From an uncultured bacterium (lineage in GTDB: Bacteria > UBP14 > UBA6098 > B30-G16): a stretch of DNA of 64,000 nt. The notes under the pieces were generated by a model, which saw only the letters and a list, made by a program, of their open reading frames with translations, had not been told where the DNA came from and did no database searches. Where the stretch lies: positions 64,001-128,000 of the forward strand of contig CBEVQY010000002.1 in NCBI GenBank assembly GCA_965552135.1, in the 5' to 3' direction. A program made the position numbers and the translations under genes. Shown in pieces: positions 10,522 through 20,845 of this stretch (positions within the stretch are counted from its first letter, which is position 1; every line of letters starts with the position of its first letter).

Positions 10522-11444
10522 CCCCGTCCCTTCTCCCGCGGATGGGCTTTGCGGTAAACCCTCTTGAGGCGCTCCACGGTCGTGTGGGTGTAGACCTGGG
10601 TCGTTCCGATGCTTGCGTGCCCCAAAAGCTCTTTGACCGACATAAGATCTGCGCCCATCTCAAGCAGATGAGTGGCGAACGTGTGCCGCAGCGAGTGCGG
10701 ACCACGACAGCTCTCGCTAACCGACGAAAGATAGCGCCTCACTATCCGGTAAACGTCGGCGCGGCTGAGCCTGAGGCCGCTTTTCGAAAGGAAGAGGGCG
10801 GGGGTATCCCTCCCCCTAGCGAGAACGGGTCGCGCGGACGAGATGTAAAGCTCCAAAGCCTCCTTCGCCGCCTCACCGAAGGGAACGATGCGCTCCTTGC
10901 CACCCTTGCCCATAACCCGGACCTGCATCCCGCCGAAGTCGACGTCGGGGAGGTCGAGCGCCACAAGCTCGCTGCACCTTATGCCCGTGGCGTACAGGAG
11001 CTCGAGTATAGCCGCGTCGCGCTTGCCGAGGATCGTCTCGGTGTTGGGCAACATAAGCGCCTCGTTTATCTGAGCGAAATCCAAAAAAGAAGGAGGTTTT
11101 CGCGGAAGGCGCTGAAGCCTGACGTGACGCGCGTAGTTGACGTCGACAACGCCGCGGCTGTAGAGGAACCTGAAGAACGCGCGAACCGCGGCAACCTTGC
11201 TGTGTATCGACGAAACTTTGTACCCCGCTCGCACAAGCCCCGCCACAAAGCCGCGGATGACTATTATGTCGATGGCGTTGGGGTCGGAAAGCCCCTTCGG
11301 AAACTCCTCGCGGAGGAAATCCACGAACTGACGGAGGCTCGTCTCGTAGGTTGCAACCGTCAGCCGCGAAAGGGCGCGCTCACGGCTTATATGCAGCAGA
11401 AACTCCGATATGTAGCTCTCCAGATCCAAAGATGCCCCCCTCAC
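10518..11444 (-). CDS. xerC: Tyrosine recombinase XerC
   Basis: Full catalytic set: LYATGIR, GKGGKER, HSLRHTFATHLL, LGHA and TTQVYTH. Ends KAHPR. Confidence 0.88.
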   Translation of the reverse strand: MRGASLDLESYISEFLLHISRERALSRLTVATYETSLRQFVDFLREEFPKGLSDPNAIDIIVIRGFVAGLVRAGYKVSSIHSKVAAVRAFFRFLYSRGVVDVNYARHVRLQRLPRKPPSFLDFAQINEALMLPNTETILGKRDAAILELLYATGIRCSELVALDLPDVDFGGMQVRVMGKGGKERIVPFGEAAKEALELYISSARPVLARGRDTPALFLSKSGLRLSRADVYRIVRRYLSSVSESCRGPHSLRHTFATHLLEMGADLMSVKELLGHASIGTTQVYTHTTVERLKRVYRKAHPREKGRG

Positions 11445-12799
11445 AAAAGGTGCCGAGCCAGCGCAAGCAGCTTCGGCTGCGAAAGAACGATATCCAAAAC
11501 GAGCTTGGGTATATCAAGCGAATCCCAGCGCCTGCCCGAAAGCTTTTTGTCCAAAAGCTCTGCCAGCGACTCGAAGTCTTCATCCGTGAGGTTGATCACG
11601 CCTTTCCGCAGTTTGGCGTAGAGCTCAAGCTGCCTTCCAAGGCTTTTGTGCCAGCGCCTTTCGTACTCCGCAACGACCCTGTGCGGCTCCCCAAACACAT
11701 CCGCGATGGTTTGTGCTGCAAGCTTTCCCGAGAACAGCGCGGAATCTATTCCCGCGCCGCTTATGGCGTTTACGAGTCGTGCCGCATCTCCCGCGAGGAT
11801 GACGTTTGCGCGTCCCATAGGTTTCACCCGGGGCGCCGCAGGGAGGACGCCGTCGCGACGCTCGAGGATGGCATACCGCCCAAAGCGCCTCTCAAGGAAT
11901 CGGCTGAGGAACCAGTCCGCCGTCCTGCCGCCGCACTTCGACGGCACAACGCCAACGCCAACGTTGGCAACGCCCGAACCCTTCGGGAAGACCCAGGCAT
12001 ACCCGCCCGGAGCGACATCGTTGCCCCAGTACATCTCGGGAAAGTGTTCGTCGAGCTCATCCGTTGCCACAAGGACCTGCGCGCACACGTTGAACTGCTC
12101 GGCGCCCAGGCGCGCACCCGGATCGACCCACCGCAGCGCCACGCTCCCAACGCCGTCGGCGCCAACCACAAACCTCCCCCTGAACGACACAACGCCCCCG
12201 CCGTGCCTTGCCAGGACCTCGCGGGCGCACCCATCGCCCACAAGCGAAAAAGCCGTAAAGCCCACAAACACCCGGGCGCCATACGCGGCAGCCTCGGAGA
12301 CGATATCGCGCTCCATTGCAGGTCTTTCGAGGATGAAGCCAGCCTTGGGGTGGTCGATTCGGACCTGTCGTCCGCGCGGCGAGACCAAGACCGCGCCCTC
12401 AACGGTGGTGCTTATCCAGCCGCTGCGCGGCTCGAACGTGCGGAGAATGCCCTCGGTGCTTATCCCCTCGGCGCAGGACACGGGGAACCCGACGGTGTTT
12501 TTCCGCTCCAGGAGCGCCACCGACATTCCAGCCTTTGCGGCGAAGAGCGCTGCGGTTGCGCCGGCAGGACCCGCGCCGATGACGACGACGTCGTACTCGC
12601 CGCCGTCGGCGCGGGGAACGCCCGAGGACTCAACCCGCGGCGAAATCGCCCCCAGCGGACAAACGGCGCCGCAGATGCCGCAGTCGTCGCAGGCGTCGGT
12701 TATCGTCACGCCCGACGCGCCAACAACTATCGCGCCCCGCGGACAAAAACACACGCAGCCAAGACAACCAACGCACCTGTCCCTGTCGACGACGAACAT
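11441..12799 (-). CDS. Geranylgeranyl reductase-family flavoprotein with an N-terminal 2x[4Fe-4S] ferredoxin domain
   Basis: CxxCxxCxxxCP occurs twice. Then GAGPAG, PVSCAEG, PGGYAWVFPK, GDAA and SGAGI. Confidence 0.85.
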   Translation of the reverse strand: MFVVDRDRCVGCLGCVCFCPRGAIVVGASGVTITDACDDCGICGAVCPLGAISPRVESSGVPRADGGEYDVVVIGAGPAGATAALFAAKAGMSVALLERKNTVGFPVSCAEGISTEGILRTFEPRSGWISTTVEGAVLVSPRGRQVRIDHPKAGFILERPAMERDIVSEAAAYGARVFVGFTAFSLVGDGCAREVLARHGGGVVSFRGRFVVGADGVGSVALRWVDPGARLGAEQFNVCAQVLVATDELDEHFPEMYWGNDVAPGGYAWVFPKGSGVANVGVGVVPSKCGGRTADWFLSRFLERRFGRYAILERRDGVLPAAPRVKPMGRANVILAGDAARLVNAISGAGIDSALFSGKLAAQTIADVFGEPHRVVAEYERRWHKSLGRQLELYAKLRKGVINLTDEDFESLAELLDKKLSGRRWDSLDIPKLVLDIVLSQPKLLALARHLL

Positions 12800-12802
12800 C
12801 GC

Positions 12803-13069
12803 TTAGCGCAAAGCTTTGATTACGTGCAAAACGCCGATTCCGACGAAGAGCGCGCCCGCGATGAGGTTCATAACCCTTGGCGGCACGTATTTCCCAAGCA
12901 GGCTCCCTGCAGCGCAGCCCAAGGCGGTGATGACGACAAGCGCAGCCGAGGCTCCCAAGAAGGTGAGCCAGGGCTTCCCCGACGATGCGAAGCCGATGAC
13001 AGCAAGCTGGGTTTTGTCGCCAAGCTCCGCCAGGAAGACAGCGGCGAAAACCTTCAAAAGCTCGCCCAT
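12803..13069 (-). CDS. TMEM165/GDT1 (UPF0016) family membrane protein, single repeat
   Basis: FLAELGDKTQL motif and three TM segments in 88 aa. Confidence 0.88.
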   Translation of the reverse strand: MGELLKVFAAVFLAELGDKTQLAVIGFASSGKPWLTFLGASAALVVITALGCAAGSLLGKYVPPRVMNLIAGALFVGIGVLHVIKALR

Positions 13070-13071
13070 CG

Positions 13072-13725
13072 CTACCCCCTCTTCCTTCGGTACATATCTT
13101 CGTCGGCGCGGGCTATTAAGCTTTCGGGCGTGTCTCCCGCCCTGGCGACGGCAACGCCGGCGCTGAACGAAACCGAAGAGTACCGCCGGAACTTCTCGCG
13201 AACAACACGCAAAAACTCCTCGGCGCCCTCCGCGGTACGGAAAAGCACGACGACGAACTCATCGCCGCCGTAGCGCGCAATAAACTCCTCGCCCGTAAGA
13301 TAGGACTTCACCGCAAGGACCAAAAGCCTGAGAACCTCATCCCCCGCAGCGTGACCGCGGGCATCGTTGTAGCGCTTGAAGCCATCGATATCTATGAAGA
13401 TCACCGACACCACATCACGCAAAGCCAAAACCCTCTCAAGCTCGTCGAAGAGGAAGAGTCTGTTGTAGGCTCCCGTAAGCGGATCGGTTATAGTAAGCTG
13501 GTGGAGCCGCCGCATGACGCTCTTTTGACCCTCCCAAAGGTATAAACCAAAGCCGACCAAAAGCACGAACGGCAAGATGAACCTTATTACGTGCCACGGC
13601 GTCTTAAAGGAGAGCGACATTGCGTCGTCCAAAAAGAGCAGGGCTATTGTGACTATGCACGCCCACACGATGAAGAATCCGAACGGCGCCGCACCAGGCG
13701 CCTTTTTCAACGCCCTGCCCATCAC
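13072..13725 (-). CDS. Membrane-bound diguanylate cyclase (GGDEF)
   Basis: Two TM helices, DPLTGAYNR, DIDGFKRYND..GH..GD and RYGGDEF. Confidence 0.9.
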   Translation of the reverse strand: MMGRALKKAPGAAPFGFFIVWACIVTIALLFLDDAMSLSFKTPWHVIRFILPFVLLVGFGLYLWEGQKSVMRRLHQLTITDPLTGAYNRLFLFDELERVLALRDVVSVIFIDIDGFKRYNDARGHAAGDEVLRLLVLAVKSYLTGEEFIARYGGDEFVVVLFRTAEGAEEFLRVVREKFRRYSSVSFSAGVAVARAGDTPESLIARADEDMYRRKRG

Positions 13726-14816
13726 CTGCTTACGGGGATGATTATATCGGAAAGCTTTTTGGGCAGCTGCTCGGTGAGGAGCTGAAAGCCCTTTTCGGTC
13801 ACAACTGCGTCGTCTTCGATGCGCACCCCGCCCCAGCCCGGGATGTATATCCCAGGCTCAACGGTCACCACCGCGTCGGGAGGGATCGGCTCCTCGTTTT
13901 TGGGGCTAAGGCGCGGCTCATCGTGCACCAAAAGCCCAAGACCGTGACCAAGGCTGTGACCGAAGTAGTCCCCGTACCCGGCATCCCTTATCACCGAGCG
14001 CGCAAGCTCATCGATCGCCTTGCCGGTCATCCCGGCTTTCCCGCCCCGTATTGCCGCCTCTTGCGCCGAAAGGACCACCTCGTATATGCGCTTGAACTTT
14101 TCGTCGGGCTCGCCGAGGAAGAAGGTTCTCGTTATGTCGGCGGCGTAGCCGTCGTAGGTGGCGCCGAAGTCAACCACGACCATCTCGCCCGCCTCGATCG
14201 CCTTGTCGGATGCGATTCCGTGCGGCAGAGCGGCGCGCCAGCCAGAGGCAACTATCGTCTCAAACGGCGCCTTTTCGCTCCCCTTGCGCCTCAGGCGATA
14301 CTCAAGCTCCGCCGCAAACTCCTTCTCGGTTATCCCGGGGCGCAGAAGGGGCAGGGTCTCCGCCAAAGCCTCCATCGCCACCCGCGCCGCTGATCTTATC
14401 TTCTCGATCTCCGAGGGTTCCTTGCGGGCGCGCAGCGCAGCAACAGGCGAACGAAGAGGTATAAAGTTCACCGACGAAAACCGCGCCGAAAGCCTGCGGT
14501 AAAGGCTGTAGCTGACCTTCTCCCCGTCGAAGCCAACGTACCTCTTCCCCGCAAAGACGCCAAGCTCATCGAGGATGTCGATGTAGCCCTTGTCGTGCGT
14601 CGTTATGTGGATCTCGGCTTTGTCTCCCACCTCCTTTTCGGCCTGCGTTTCGTACCTGAAGTCGGTCATGAAGACCGTCCGCTCGGGCGACACCCAAAGC
14701 ATAGCCGCTGATCCCGTGAAGCCGGCAAGATACCGTATGTCGACGCCCCAGGTCACGAGGAATCCGTCGAGGCGCTCGACGGTCAAAAGCTCGACGAAGC
14801 GGTCAAGCCTGCTCAT
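13722..14816 (-). CDS. Xaa-Pro aminopeptidase (M24 family)
   Basis: TDFRY, DFGA...Y.ADITRT, HSLGHGLGL.VH, TVEPGIY and GVRIEDD. Confidence 0.93.
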   Translation of the reverse strand: MSRLDRFVELLTVERLDGFLVTWGVDIRYLAGFTGSAAMLWVSPERTVFMTDFRYETQAEKEVGDKAEIHITTHDKGYIDILDELGVFAGKRYVGFDGEKVSYSLYRRLSARFSSVNFIPLRSPVAALRARKEPSEIEKIRSAARVAMEALAETLPLLRPGITEKEFAAELEYRLRRKGSEKAPFETIVASGWRAALPHGIASDKAIEAGEMVVVDFGATYDGYAADITRTFFLGEPDEKFKRIYEVVLSAQEAAIRGGKAGMTGKAIDELARSVIRDAGYGDYFGHSLGHGLGLLVHDEPRLSPKNEEPIPPDAVVTVEPGIYIPGWGGVRIEDDAVVTEKGFQLLTEQLPKKLSDIIIPVSR

Positions 14817-14893
14817 ACCAGACCTCCGTTTTCGCGCGTTGGGGAAAAGATAGGCAAACGCCCATCGCGCTCAAAGCGAAAGTTTTTTCGAGC

Positions 14894-15400
14894 TCAGGCT
14901 TTAAGCTTTGGGACGGCTTGTGCGAGGACGCCAACAACCGCTCCTGCGACAATCGACCACAGCGCCGACGCGGGGACAAACCAAGCGAAAAACTCCCCTC
15001 TCCCCATAAGCGCCGCAGCGACCGAGATCTGCGCAAGCTGGTGCGAGAAAGCCCCAGCCACGCTCACGCCGACGGCGGAGAAGGCTCTGCCGAGTGCCGG
15101 CATCATAAGCGCCATAGCCGCGCATGCGCACAGCGTTCCCGCCAGCGAGAGCAGGAAAGCGGGCGAGGCTATTTTGCCGAGCATCACGGAGCCCACAGCG
15201 GTCCTTGCAAGCGCAACGGCCACGCCCGTGGAGACGCCGAGATCGCGCATCGCAACGATGACGACGACGTACGAAAGCCCTGGCTTCATCCACGGCGCAG
15301 GCCGCGGGAGGAACTCCTCGACGATCCACACCGCCAACGCCAGCGCAGAAAGCACACTTATCCGCGCCAGGCGCGAAAGCCTTTTACCGGAGTATGGCAT
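14894..15400 (-). CDS. Gx transporter / heptaprenyl diphosphate synthase component I family membrane protein
   Basis: E..LP.P.PW.KPGL, SLAG and SVAGAFSHQLAQ, with about five TM segments, directly downstream of a NusG-II gene. Confidence 0.8.
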   Translation of the reverse strand: MPYSGKRLSRLARISVLSALALAVWIVEEFLPRPAPWMKPGLSYVVVIVAMRDLGVSTGVAVALARTAVGSVMLGKIASPAFLLSLAGTLCACAAMALMMPALGRAFSAVGVSVAGAFSHQLAQISVAAALMGRGEFFAWFVPASALWSIVAGAVVGVLAQAVPKLKA

Positions 15401-15779
15401 CGTACCTGCACCTGCCCTCCGCAGCCACGAAAAGCCCGTTCGGAACGCAGACTATCACCTGGCCCGCCCTGGATATCTCTCCAGCCTTTACGCAAAGTTT
15501 TTTGGGGCAGCTGGAGCTTACGATTCGCGCTGCGCCGCCACTGATGGAGACGACCACATCGCCCAACGGCGCATCGACCACGATGGTCGTATCTGCGTTT
15601 GCCGGCACCGCCGCAACGACACGACCGCCAACCACAACGACAAACCGCCGCGCATCCTCCGAACGGCGAAGCGCAAAGGGCAACACGCCAACGACGACCA
15701 CAACGGCGAAAACGATAAAGTCGCCCCACCGAAGGGAAAAAAGGCGCCTTATCTTATCCATCCGTGCTCCCGGTACCAC
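15384..15779 (-). CDS. NusG domain II-containing exported protein
   Basis: N-terminal TM and SSCPKKLCVKAG.I...GQVIVCVPN. The start may instead be the downstream MDKIRR. Confidence 0.82.
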   Translation of the reverse strand: MVPGARMDKIRRLFSLRWGDFIVFAVVVVVGVLPFALRRSEDARRFVVVVGGRVVAAVPANADTTIVVDAPLGDVVVSISGGAARIVSSSCPKKLCVKAGEISRAGQVIVCVPNGLFVAAEGRCRYDAILR

Positions 15780-16717
15780 TGCACCGTCTTCGAAACGCCG
15801 GCTTCAAGATCAAACCTTGGACTGAAGCCAAGCTGACGGGATATTTTGCTCGAGTCGGCAACCCAGGGAGAGAGTAGCTCCCGGACCTTTTGGAAGGATA
15901 GCAGCGGCGCCCTTTGCGCGACGAGTGACCACGCCTCGTCGAGCACAGCAGCGCCCCACAAAGCCAGCGCGGGGAGCCTGATTATAGGTCTTCCGCCGAA
16001 GGCGCGGGAGACGACGCGGGCAAACTCCCCCCACGTGTGCACAGCGCCGTCGGTGACGAAGTACGTCTCCCCCACCGCCGACGGATGCTCCATCGAGAGG
16101 ACCACAGCCTCCGCGAGGTCCTCGACGTACACGATGGAGAACCTTCGCTTCGGGTCGCCGACGACGGGAACAAAACCCATGCTCGCAAGCCTGAAGTAAA
16201 AGAAGATGTCCCTGTCCCTGGGGCCATAGACCGCCGGCGGGCGGATCACCGTCACGGGAAGCCTGTCGGCAAACTCGTTGGCGTACCTTTCGCCCAAAAG
16301 CTTGCTTTTGCCGTAGTCGGAGAGCGGAGCTGGCAGCGTGTCTTCGCCTATGGGTTTGTCTGAGGGTCGAACGGCGGCAAGCGAACTCACGAGGACAAAG
16401 CGCTCAAGCTTTGGCGCGCGGCGCCCGCACCACTCAAGCCAAAGGCGAACTGCCTCGCCGTTCACCTCGAAAAGGTCGCTGCGCCTGCGGGCTTTGGTCA
16501 AACCCGCGATGTGCACGAAATAGTCGGGGGGATCAACATCGCTGACCGTGTCGGGGGCAAGGAGATCGCACCTTATCACATCGACGCCTTCGGGCAGGTG
16601 GTCGGTTCTGCTTGTGCCCCTCGCCAGGACCACCACGCCAAACCCCCTGCGCGCCAAAAGCTCAACAACTGCGCTGCCTACAAAACCCGTCCCACCTGTG
16701 ACGAAAACCCTCTTCAT
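15749..16717 (-). CDS. NAD-dependent epimerase/dehydratase (extended SDR)
   Basis: VTGGTGFVG, SS, YGKSK and RPPAVYGP. ATG at 16717 overlaps the upstream stop. Confidence 0.88.
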   Translation of the reverse strand: MKRVFVTGGTGFVGSAVVELLARRGFGVVVLARGTSRTDHLPEGVDVIRCDLLAPDTVSDVDPPDYFVHIAGLTKARRRSDLFEVNGEAVRLWLEWCGRRAPKLERFVLVSSLAAVRPSDKPIGEDTLPAPLSDYGKSKLLGERYANEFADRLPVTVIRPPAVYGPRDRDIFFYFRLASMGFVPVVGDPKRRFSIVYVEDLAEAVVLSMEHPSAVGETYFVTDGAVHTWGEFARVVSRAFGGRPIIRLPALALWGAAVLDEAWSLVAQRAPLLSFQKVRELLSPWVADSSKISRQLGFSPRFDLEAGVSKTVQWYREHGWIR

Positions 16718-18051
16718 CGCCTGCCGCGGCTTTTGAAGATCTTCGCGAACCATCCGAATCCCGAAAACCGCGCCTCGTAGGTGACGCGGTACAGCATCAC
16801 CGCCCCCAGAACAAGCATAAGTATATTCCCGCTCCACATAGCCAGCGCTGGAGGGAGGATGCCCCTGTCGGCAAGCTCCTCGCCACCTATGAGGAACGCC
16901 CAGTAGACGAGGAAGAATCCGAACGAGAGCCCCACCGCCATCCCCAGCCCGCCTCTGCGCGCCCAAGCGCCAACCGGCGCACCAACCAAAAGAAAAGCCA
17001 AACACGCAAAGGGGAGCGAATACTTCTTGTGAAGCTCGACTTTGAGCTTTCGCATATAACGTGTGGCGTCGCGGAGCTCCACAAGCTGCCGCCTGAGGCG
17101 GGCAAGCACCTTCTTTTGGCGCAGAAGCGCTCGCTTTGTGGGGTTAGCCCTGAGTCGCCACTGGCGCCCGCGCGGGCGAAAGAGGGAGTCGACGGCGCAG
17201 GCGACTATGCTGCGCATGGCACATCGGGCTTTCTCTATGCGACGCGCAGTCTCAGATATCCTGTCCTTCAAAGCCGATATCGAAAGCTCTCTGTCGCCTC
17301 GGCGTGCGAGCTTTGCCTCGCCAAGCCTTGTGCCCAGATCCCCGATCCTTATCACCTGGCGGCTGAATCGCGCCCGTATGTATCGCTCGGGGTCGTCGGG
17401 GTCGAGCTCGTGGATCTCGCCGTTTTTCAGCGTGAAGACGACGGCATCTCCCTGCGGGTCGTAGCGAACTTCGCCCTCGGGCGCAACTATCACGCGAGGC
17501 TTCTGACCGCGGCGCTTCTCGTAAAGCGTTACGCCGTAGAGCTTGCCCGCCCTGTCGTCCACGCGATCAACGTAAAGCTCTATGCCGGGGAACTCGTCGA
17601 TGAAGACCCTGGGACGAAGCGTCGTAAGCGGCTTTTTGCGGTGTATCTGCACCATAAGCACCTTTGCGCGGTAGTTGGCTTCGGGAACGACCTTATCGCC
17701 GAAAAGCACCATACCAACCGAAACAGCCGCCATAGCCAAAGCCGCGGGCAGCATAAGCCTCCAAAACGGTATCCCCAAGGCTTTTGCCGCAGTTATCTCG
17801 CTGTCGCCCGAAAGCCTGCCGAAAGCCATAAGAGAAGCGACAAGGCTCGACATCGGCACCGCAAGCGAGAACATCCAGGCGAGGTTATACAGAAAAAGCC
17901 TTAGCACCACAAAAACGCCAACGCCCTTGGCGATTATCAGATTGAGGATGTCGAGCAAAAAATCAAGAAGGAGCACGAAAAGTATAACCCCAAGCCCGCC
18001 CAGAAAGGGCGGGATAAGCTCGCGGATTATGTACCTGTCGAGAACCTTCAC
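16714..18051 (-). CDS. LptF/LptG-family LPS export permease
   Basis: LDRYIIRE, GRLSGDSEITA..ALG and ELHKKYSLPFACL, with a 3+3 TM layout. Confidence 0.9.
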   Translation of the reverse strand: MKVLDRYIIRELIPPFLGGLGVILFVLLLDFLLDILNLIIAKGVGVFVVLRLFLYNLAWMFSLAVPMSSLVASLMAFGRLSGDSEITAAKALGIPFWRLMLPAALAMAAVSVGMVLFGDKVVPEANYRAKVLMVQIHRKKPLTTLRPRVFIDEFPGIELYVDRVDDRAGKLYGVTLYEKRRGQKPRVIVAPEGEVRYDPQGDAVVFTLKNGEIHELDPDDPERYIRARFSRQVIRIGDLGTRLGEAKLARRGDRELSISALKDRISETARRIEKARCAMRSIVACAVDSLFRPRGRQWRLRANPTKRALLRQKKVLARLRRQLVELRDATRYMRKLKVELHKKYSLPFACLAFLLVGAPVGAWARRGGLGMAVGLSFGFFLVYWAFLIGGEELADRGILPPALAMWSGNILMLVLGAVMLYRVTYEARFSGFGWFAKIFKSRGRR

Positions 18052-18060
18052 CCAAAGGGC

Positions 18061-18252
18061 TTAGTTGTCGCCTGCCCGCCTGTCGGCAAGAAGCTTGCCC
18101 CTTATGCCCACGTTCTCGGGCGGATTCTCCTTCACAAGAACAACTATGTGCTCTATCCCGTAGACCTCAAAAGCGACCTCGTAAACGCCCTTGACGAGCT
18201 TTCGCTTCTGCTCAACGCTTATGGGCGGACCCTCGACCACAACAGTCGGCAT
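18061..18252 (-). CDS. 4-oxalocrotonate tautomerase family protein
   Basis: N-terminal Pro (MPTVVVEG), EQKRKLV and E..PENVG in 63 aa. GGGAGG lies upstream. Confidence 0.85.
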   Translation of the reverse strand: MPTVVVEGPPISVEQKRKLVKGVYEVAFEVYGIEHIVVLVKENPPENVGIRGKLLADRRAGDN

Positions 18253-18333
18253 CGGAAACCTCCCTGAAAGGCGTTAGCCTGCAGTCTAAAAAAAGCATTG
18301 GCGCTTCGTCTGACAAGAGGATTATCAAGCCGT

Positions 18334-18362
18334 TTGCGTTCGGCACCCAAACAAGTTATTTT
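18334..18362 (+). promoter_or_regulatory. Putative gyrA promoter
   Basis: TTGCGT-N17-TATTTT upstream of GGGAGG and the ATG at 18389. Confidence 0.4.
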
Positions 18363-18388
18363 GTTTTGTTTGGATGCGGGAGGTTTCT

Positions 18389-20845
18389 ATGCCGTTTGAG
18401 GAGGCTCGCCAGGACATCCTGCCTGTGGACATCGAGGAGGAGATGAAGCGCTCCTACCTCGACTACGCCATGAGCACCATAGTTGGTCGTGCGCTGCCGG
18501 ACGTTCGGGATGGGCTCAAGCCCGTTCAGCGCAGAATCCTCTACTCGATGTACGAGATGGGCAACCTCCACAACAAGCCCTACAAGAAATCCGCCCGGGT
18601 CGTTGGTGACGTTATGGGGAAGTACCATCCCCACGGCGACGCAGCGATATACGACGCCCTCGTTCGGATGGCGCAGGACTTTTCGATGAGGTACGTCCTT
18701 GTGGACGGTCAGGGCAACTTTGGCTCCGTCGACGGCGACGCCCCCGCGGCGATGCGATACACCGAGGTTCGGATGTCGCGGCTTGCCGAAGAGCTTTTGG
18801 CGGACATCGACGAGGAGACCGTCGACTTCGTCCCCAACTACGACAACACCCTCAGGGAGCCGCGGTTTCTGCCGGCGAAGTTCCCGAACCTGCTCGTAAA
18901 CGGCGCATCTGGCATAGCCGTTGGGATGGCGACGAACATCCCGCCGCACAACCTCGCCGAGGTCGTCGACGCACTGCTGCACCTCATCGAAAACCCGGAC
19001 TGCACCGTCCAGGACCTCATGCGGTTCCTGCCCGGTCCGGACTTCCCCACGGCGGGCTTTATAATAGGCAGGGGCGGTATAAGGGAAGCCTACGAGACCG
19101 GTCGTGGGATAATCACGCTGCGCGCGAGGATGTACGTCGAGCAGGGGCAGCGCGGCGCAAGAGACAAGATCGTCGTAACGGAAATACCGTATCAGGTGAA
19201 CAAGGCGCAGCTCATAGAGCAGATAGCCGCCCTCGTCCAGTCGGAGCGGCTAAAGGAGATAGCCGACATCCGCGACGAGTCCGACAGGGAGGGCATGCGC
19301 GTGGTCATAGAGCTCAAGCGCGGAGAAAACCCACAGATAGTTGTGAACAAGCTCTACAAGCTCACCAAGCTTCAGACGAGCTACGGTATAATAATGCTTG
19401 CGCTTGTTGATGGTCGACCGCGCGTGCTCAACCTCAAGCAGATGCTCGCCGCCTACATCGACCACAGGCGCCAGGTGGTGATAAGGCGAACCCGATTCAG
19501 GCTTCGCAAGGCGCGGCAAAAAGCCCACATACTTGAGGGGCTCAAAACCGCCCTCGAGAACATCGACAAGGTCATAAACATAATCCGCAAAAGCAAAGAC
19601 ACCCAAACCGCTAAAGCGAGCCTTATGAGCCTGCTTTCCCTCTCGGATGCTCAGGCACAGGCGATACTCGACATGCGCCTGGCGCGCCTAACCTCCCTCG
19701 AGCGGTCAAAGCTTTTGGCGGAGCTTAAGGACACGCTGATGCTCATAGAAAAGCTTGAGGGCATTCTCGCAAGCCCACAGAAGGTGCTCGACGTCGTCGC
19801 GGAGGAACTCGCGGAGATCAAAAAGGAATACGCCGACGAGAGGCGCACCCAGATCCTCGACGAGGAGGGTGAGATAGCGATCGAGGACATAATAGCCGAC
19901 GAGGAGATGGTCGTTTCGGTCACGAGGGGGTGCTACATAAAGCGGACGCCGGTTTCGCTGTACCAGTCGCAGCGGCGAGGCGGAAGAGGCAAAACGGCGA
20001 TGTCGACGAAGGAGGAGGACTTCGTGGAGAACCTGTTCGTCGCATCCTCACACGACACTATGATATTCTTCACCAAAAAGGGCAAGGCATACTCCCTCAA
20101 GGTCTACGAGATTCCCGAAGCCGGGCGGTACTCGAAGGGGACGGCGATAGTGAACCTGCTCCAGCTCGAGCCCGGGGATTCCATAGCCGCCACGGTCTCC
20201 ACGCGGGAGTTTTCGGAGGATGCCTTCGTCCTGTTCGCGACGCGGAAGGGCTACGTCAAAAGGACGCCGCTTTCCGCCTTCCGGAACGCCCGACGGAGGG
20301 GGATCGTCGCGATAGACGTCCCCCAGGACGACGAGCTTATAGCCTGCGAGATAGCCTCACAGGACGAGGACGTGATGCTTGTGACCCGCGGGGGGATTTC
20401 GATCCGTTTTCCCGTCGGTCAGGTCAGGGCAATGGGGCGCACCGCAAGGGGCGTTATAGGCATAAGGCTTCGCGAGGGCGATGAGGTCGTCGCGATGGTG
20501 GTCGTAAAGGACGAGGGGAGCACGATCCTCTTTGCCGCCGAAAACGGCTACGGCAAGCGCACGAAAACCTCCGAGTTCAGGCGCCAGAGTCGGGCTGGCT
20601 TCGGGGTCATAGCGATGCGCACCACCGAAAAGACCGGTCCCGTGGTCGGCGCAGTCGAGGTGACCGACGAGGACGAGATCGTAATGGTCAACTCCGACGG
20701 AATGCTTGTGAGGACATCCGCGGGCGGGATATCCGTCATGGGGCGCGCCACGCAGGGGGTAAAGCTCATAGCGCTTGCGCCCGGACAGAAGCTCACAGGG
20801 CTTGCCAAGGTGGTCGAAAAGGAGCAGCAGGAGCAACCCATCTAA
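18389..20845 (+). CDS. gyrA: DNA gyrase subunit A
   Basis: [25 protein letters not shown], the GyrA-box QRRGGRG and C-terminal pinwheel repeats. Confidence 0.97.
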   Translation: MPFEEARQDILPVDIEEEMKRSYLDYAMSTIVGRALPDVRDGLKPVQRRILYSMYEMGNLHNKPYKKSARVVGDVMGKYHPHGDAAIYDALVRMAQDFSMRYVLVDGQGNFGSVDGDAPAAMRYTEVRMSRLAEELLADIDEETVDFVPNYDNTLREPRFLPAKFPNLLVNGASGIAVGMATNIPPHNLAEVVDALLHLIENPDCTVQDLMRFLPGPDFPTAGFIIGRGGIREAYETGRGIITLRARMYVEQGQRGARDKIVVTEIPYQVNKAQLIEQIAALVQSERLKEIADIRDESDREGMRVVIELKRGENPQIVVNKLYKLTKLQTSYGIIMLALVDGRPRVLNLKQMLAAYIDHRRQVVIRRTRFRLRKARQKAHILEGLKTALENIDKVINIIRKSKDTQTAKASLMSLLSLSDAQAQAILDMRLARLTSLERSKLLAELKDTLMLIEKLEGILASPQKVLDVVAEELAEIKKEYADERRTQILDEEGEIAIEDIIADEEMVVSVTRGCYIKRTPVSLYQSQRRGGRGKTAMSTKEEDFVENLFVASSHDTMIFFTKKGKAYSLKVYEIPEAGRYSKGTAIVNLLQLEPGDSIAATVSTREFSEDAFVLFATRKGYVKRTPLSAFRNARRRGIVAIDVPQDDELIACEIASQDEDVMLVTRGGISIRFPVGQVRAMGRTARGVIGIRLREGDEVVAMVVVKDEGSTILFAAENGYGKRTKTSEFRRQSRAGFGVIAMRTTEKTGPVVGAVEVTDEDEIVMVNSDGMLVRTSAGGISVMGRATQGVKLIALAPGQKLTGLAKVVEKEQQEQPI

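Noticed and set aside
10518..11444. Tyrosine recombinase as the integrase of a prophage, integron or island
   Set aside because: Its length and motifs fit housekeeping XerC. It lacks the integron-integrase insertion, is coupled to a metabolic gene, and I found no att, attC or dif site.
11351..13273. Long alternative-frame ORFs (640 aa here; also 27057-28733, 39807-41423 and 55753-57099)
   Set aside because: They are antisense shadows of well-supported genes in GC-rich DNA and carry no recognisable motifs.
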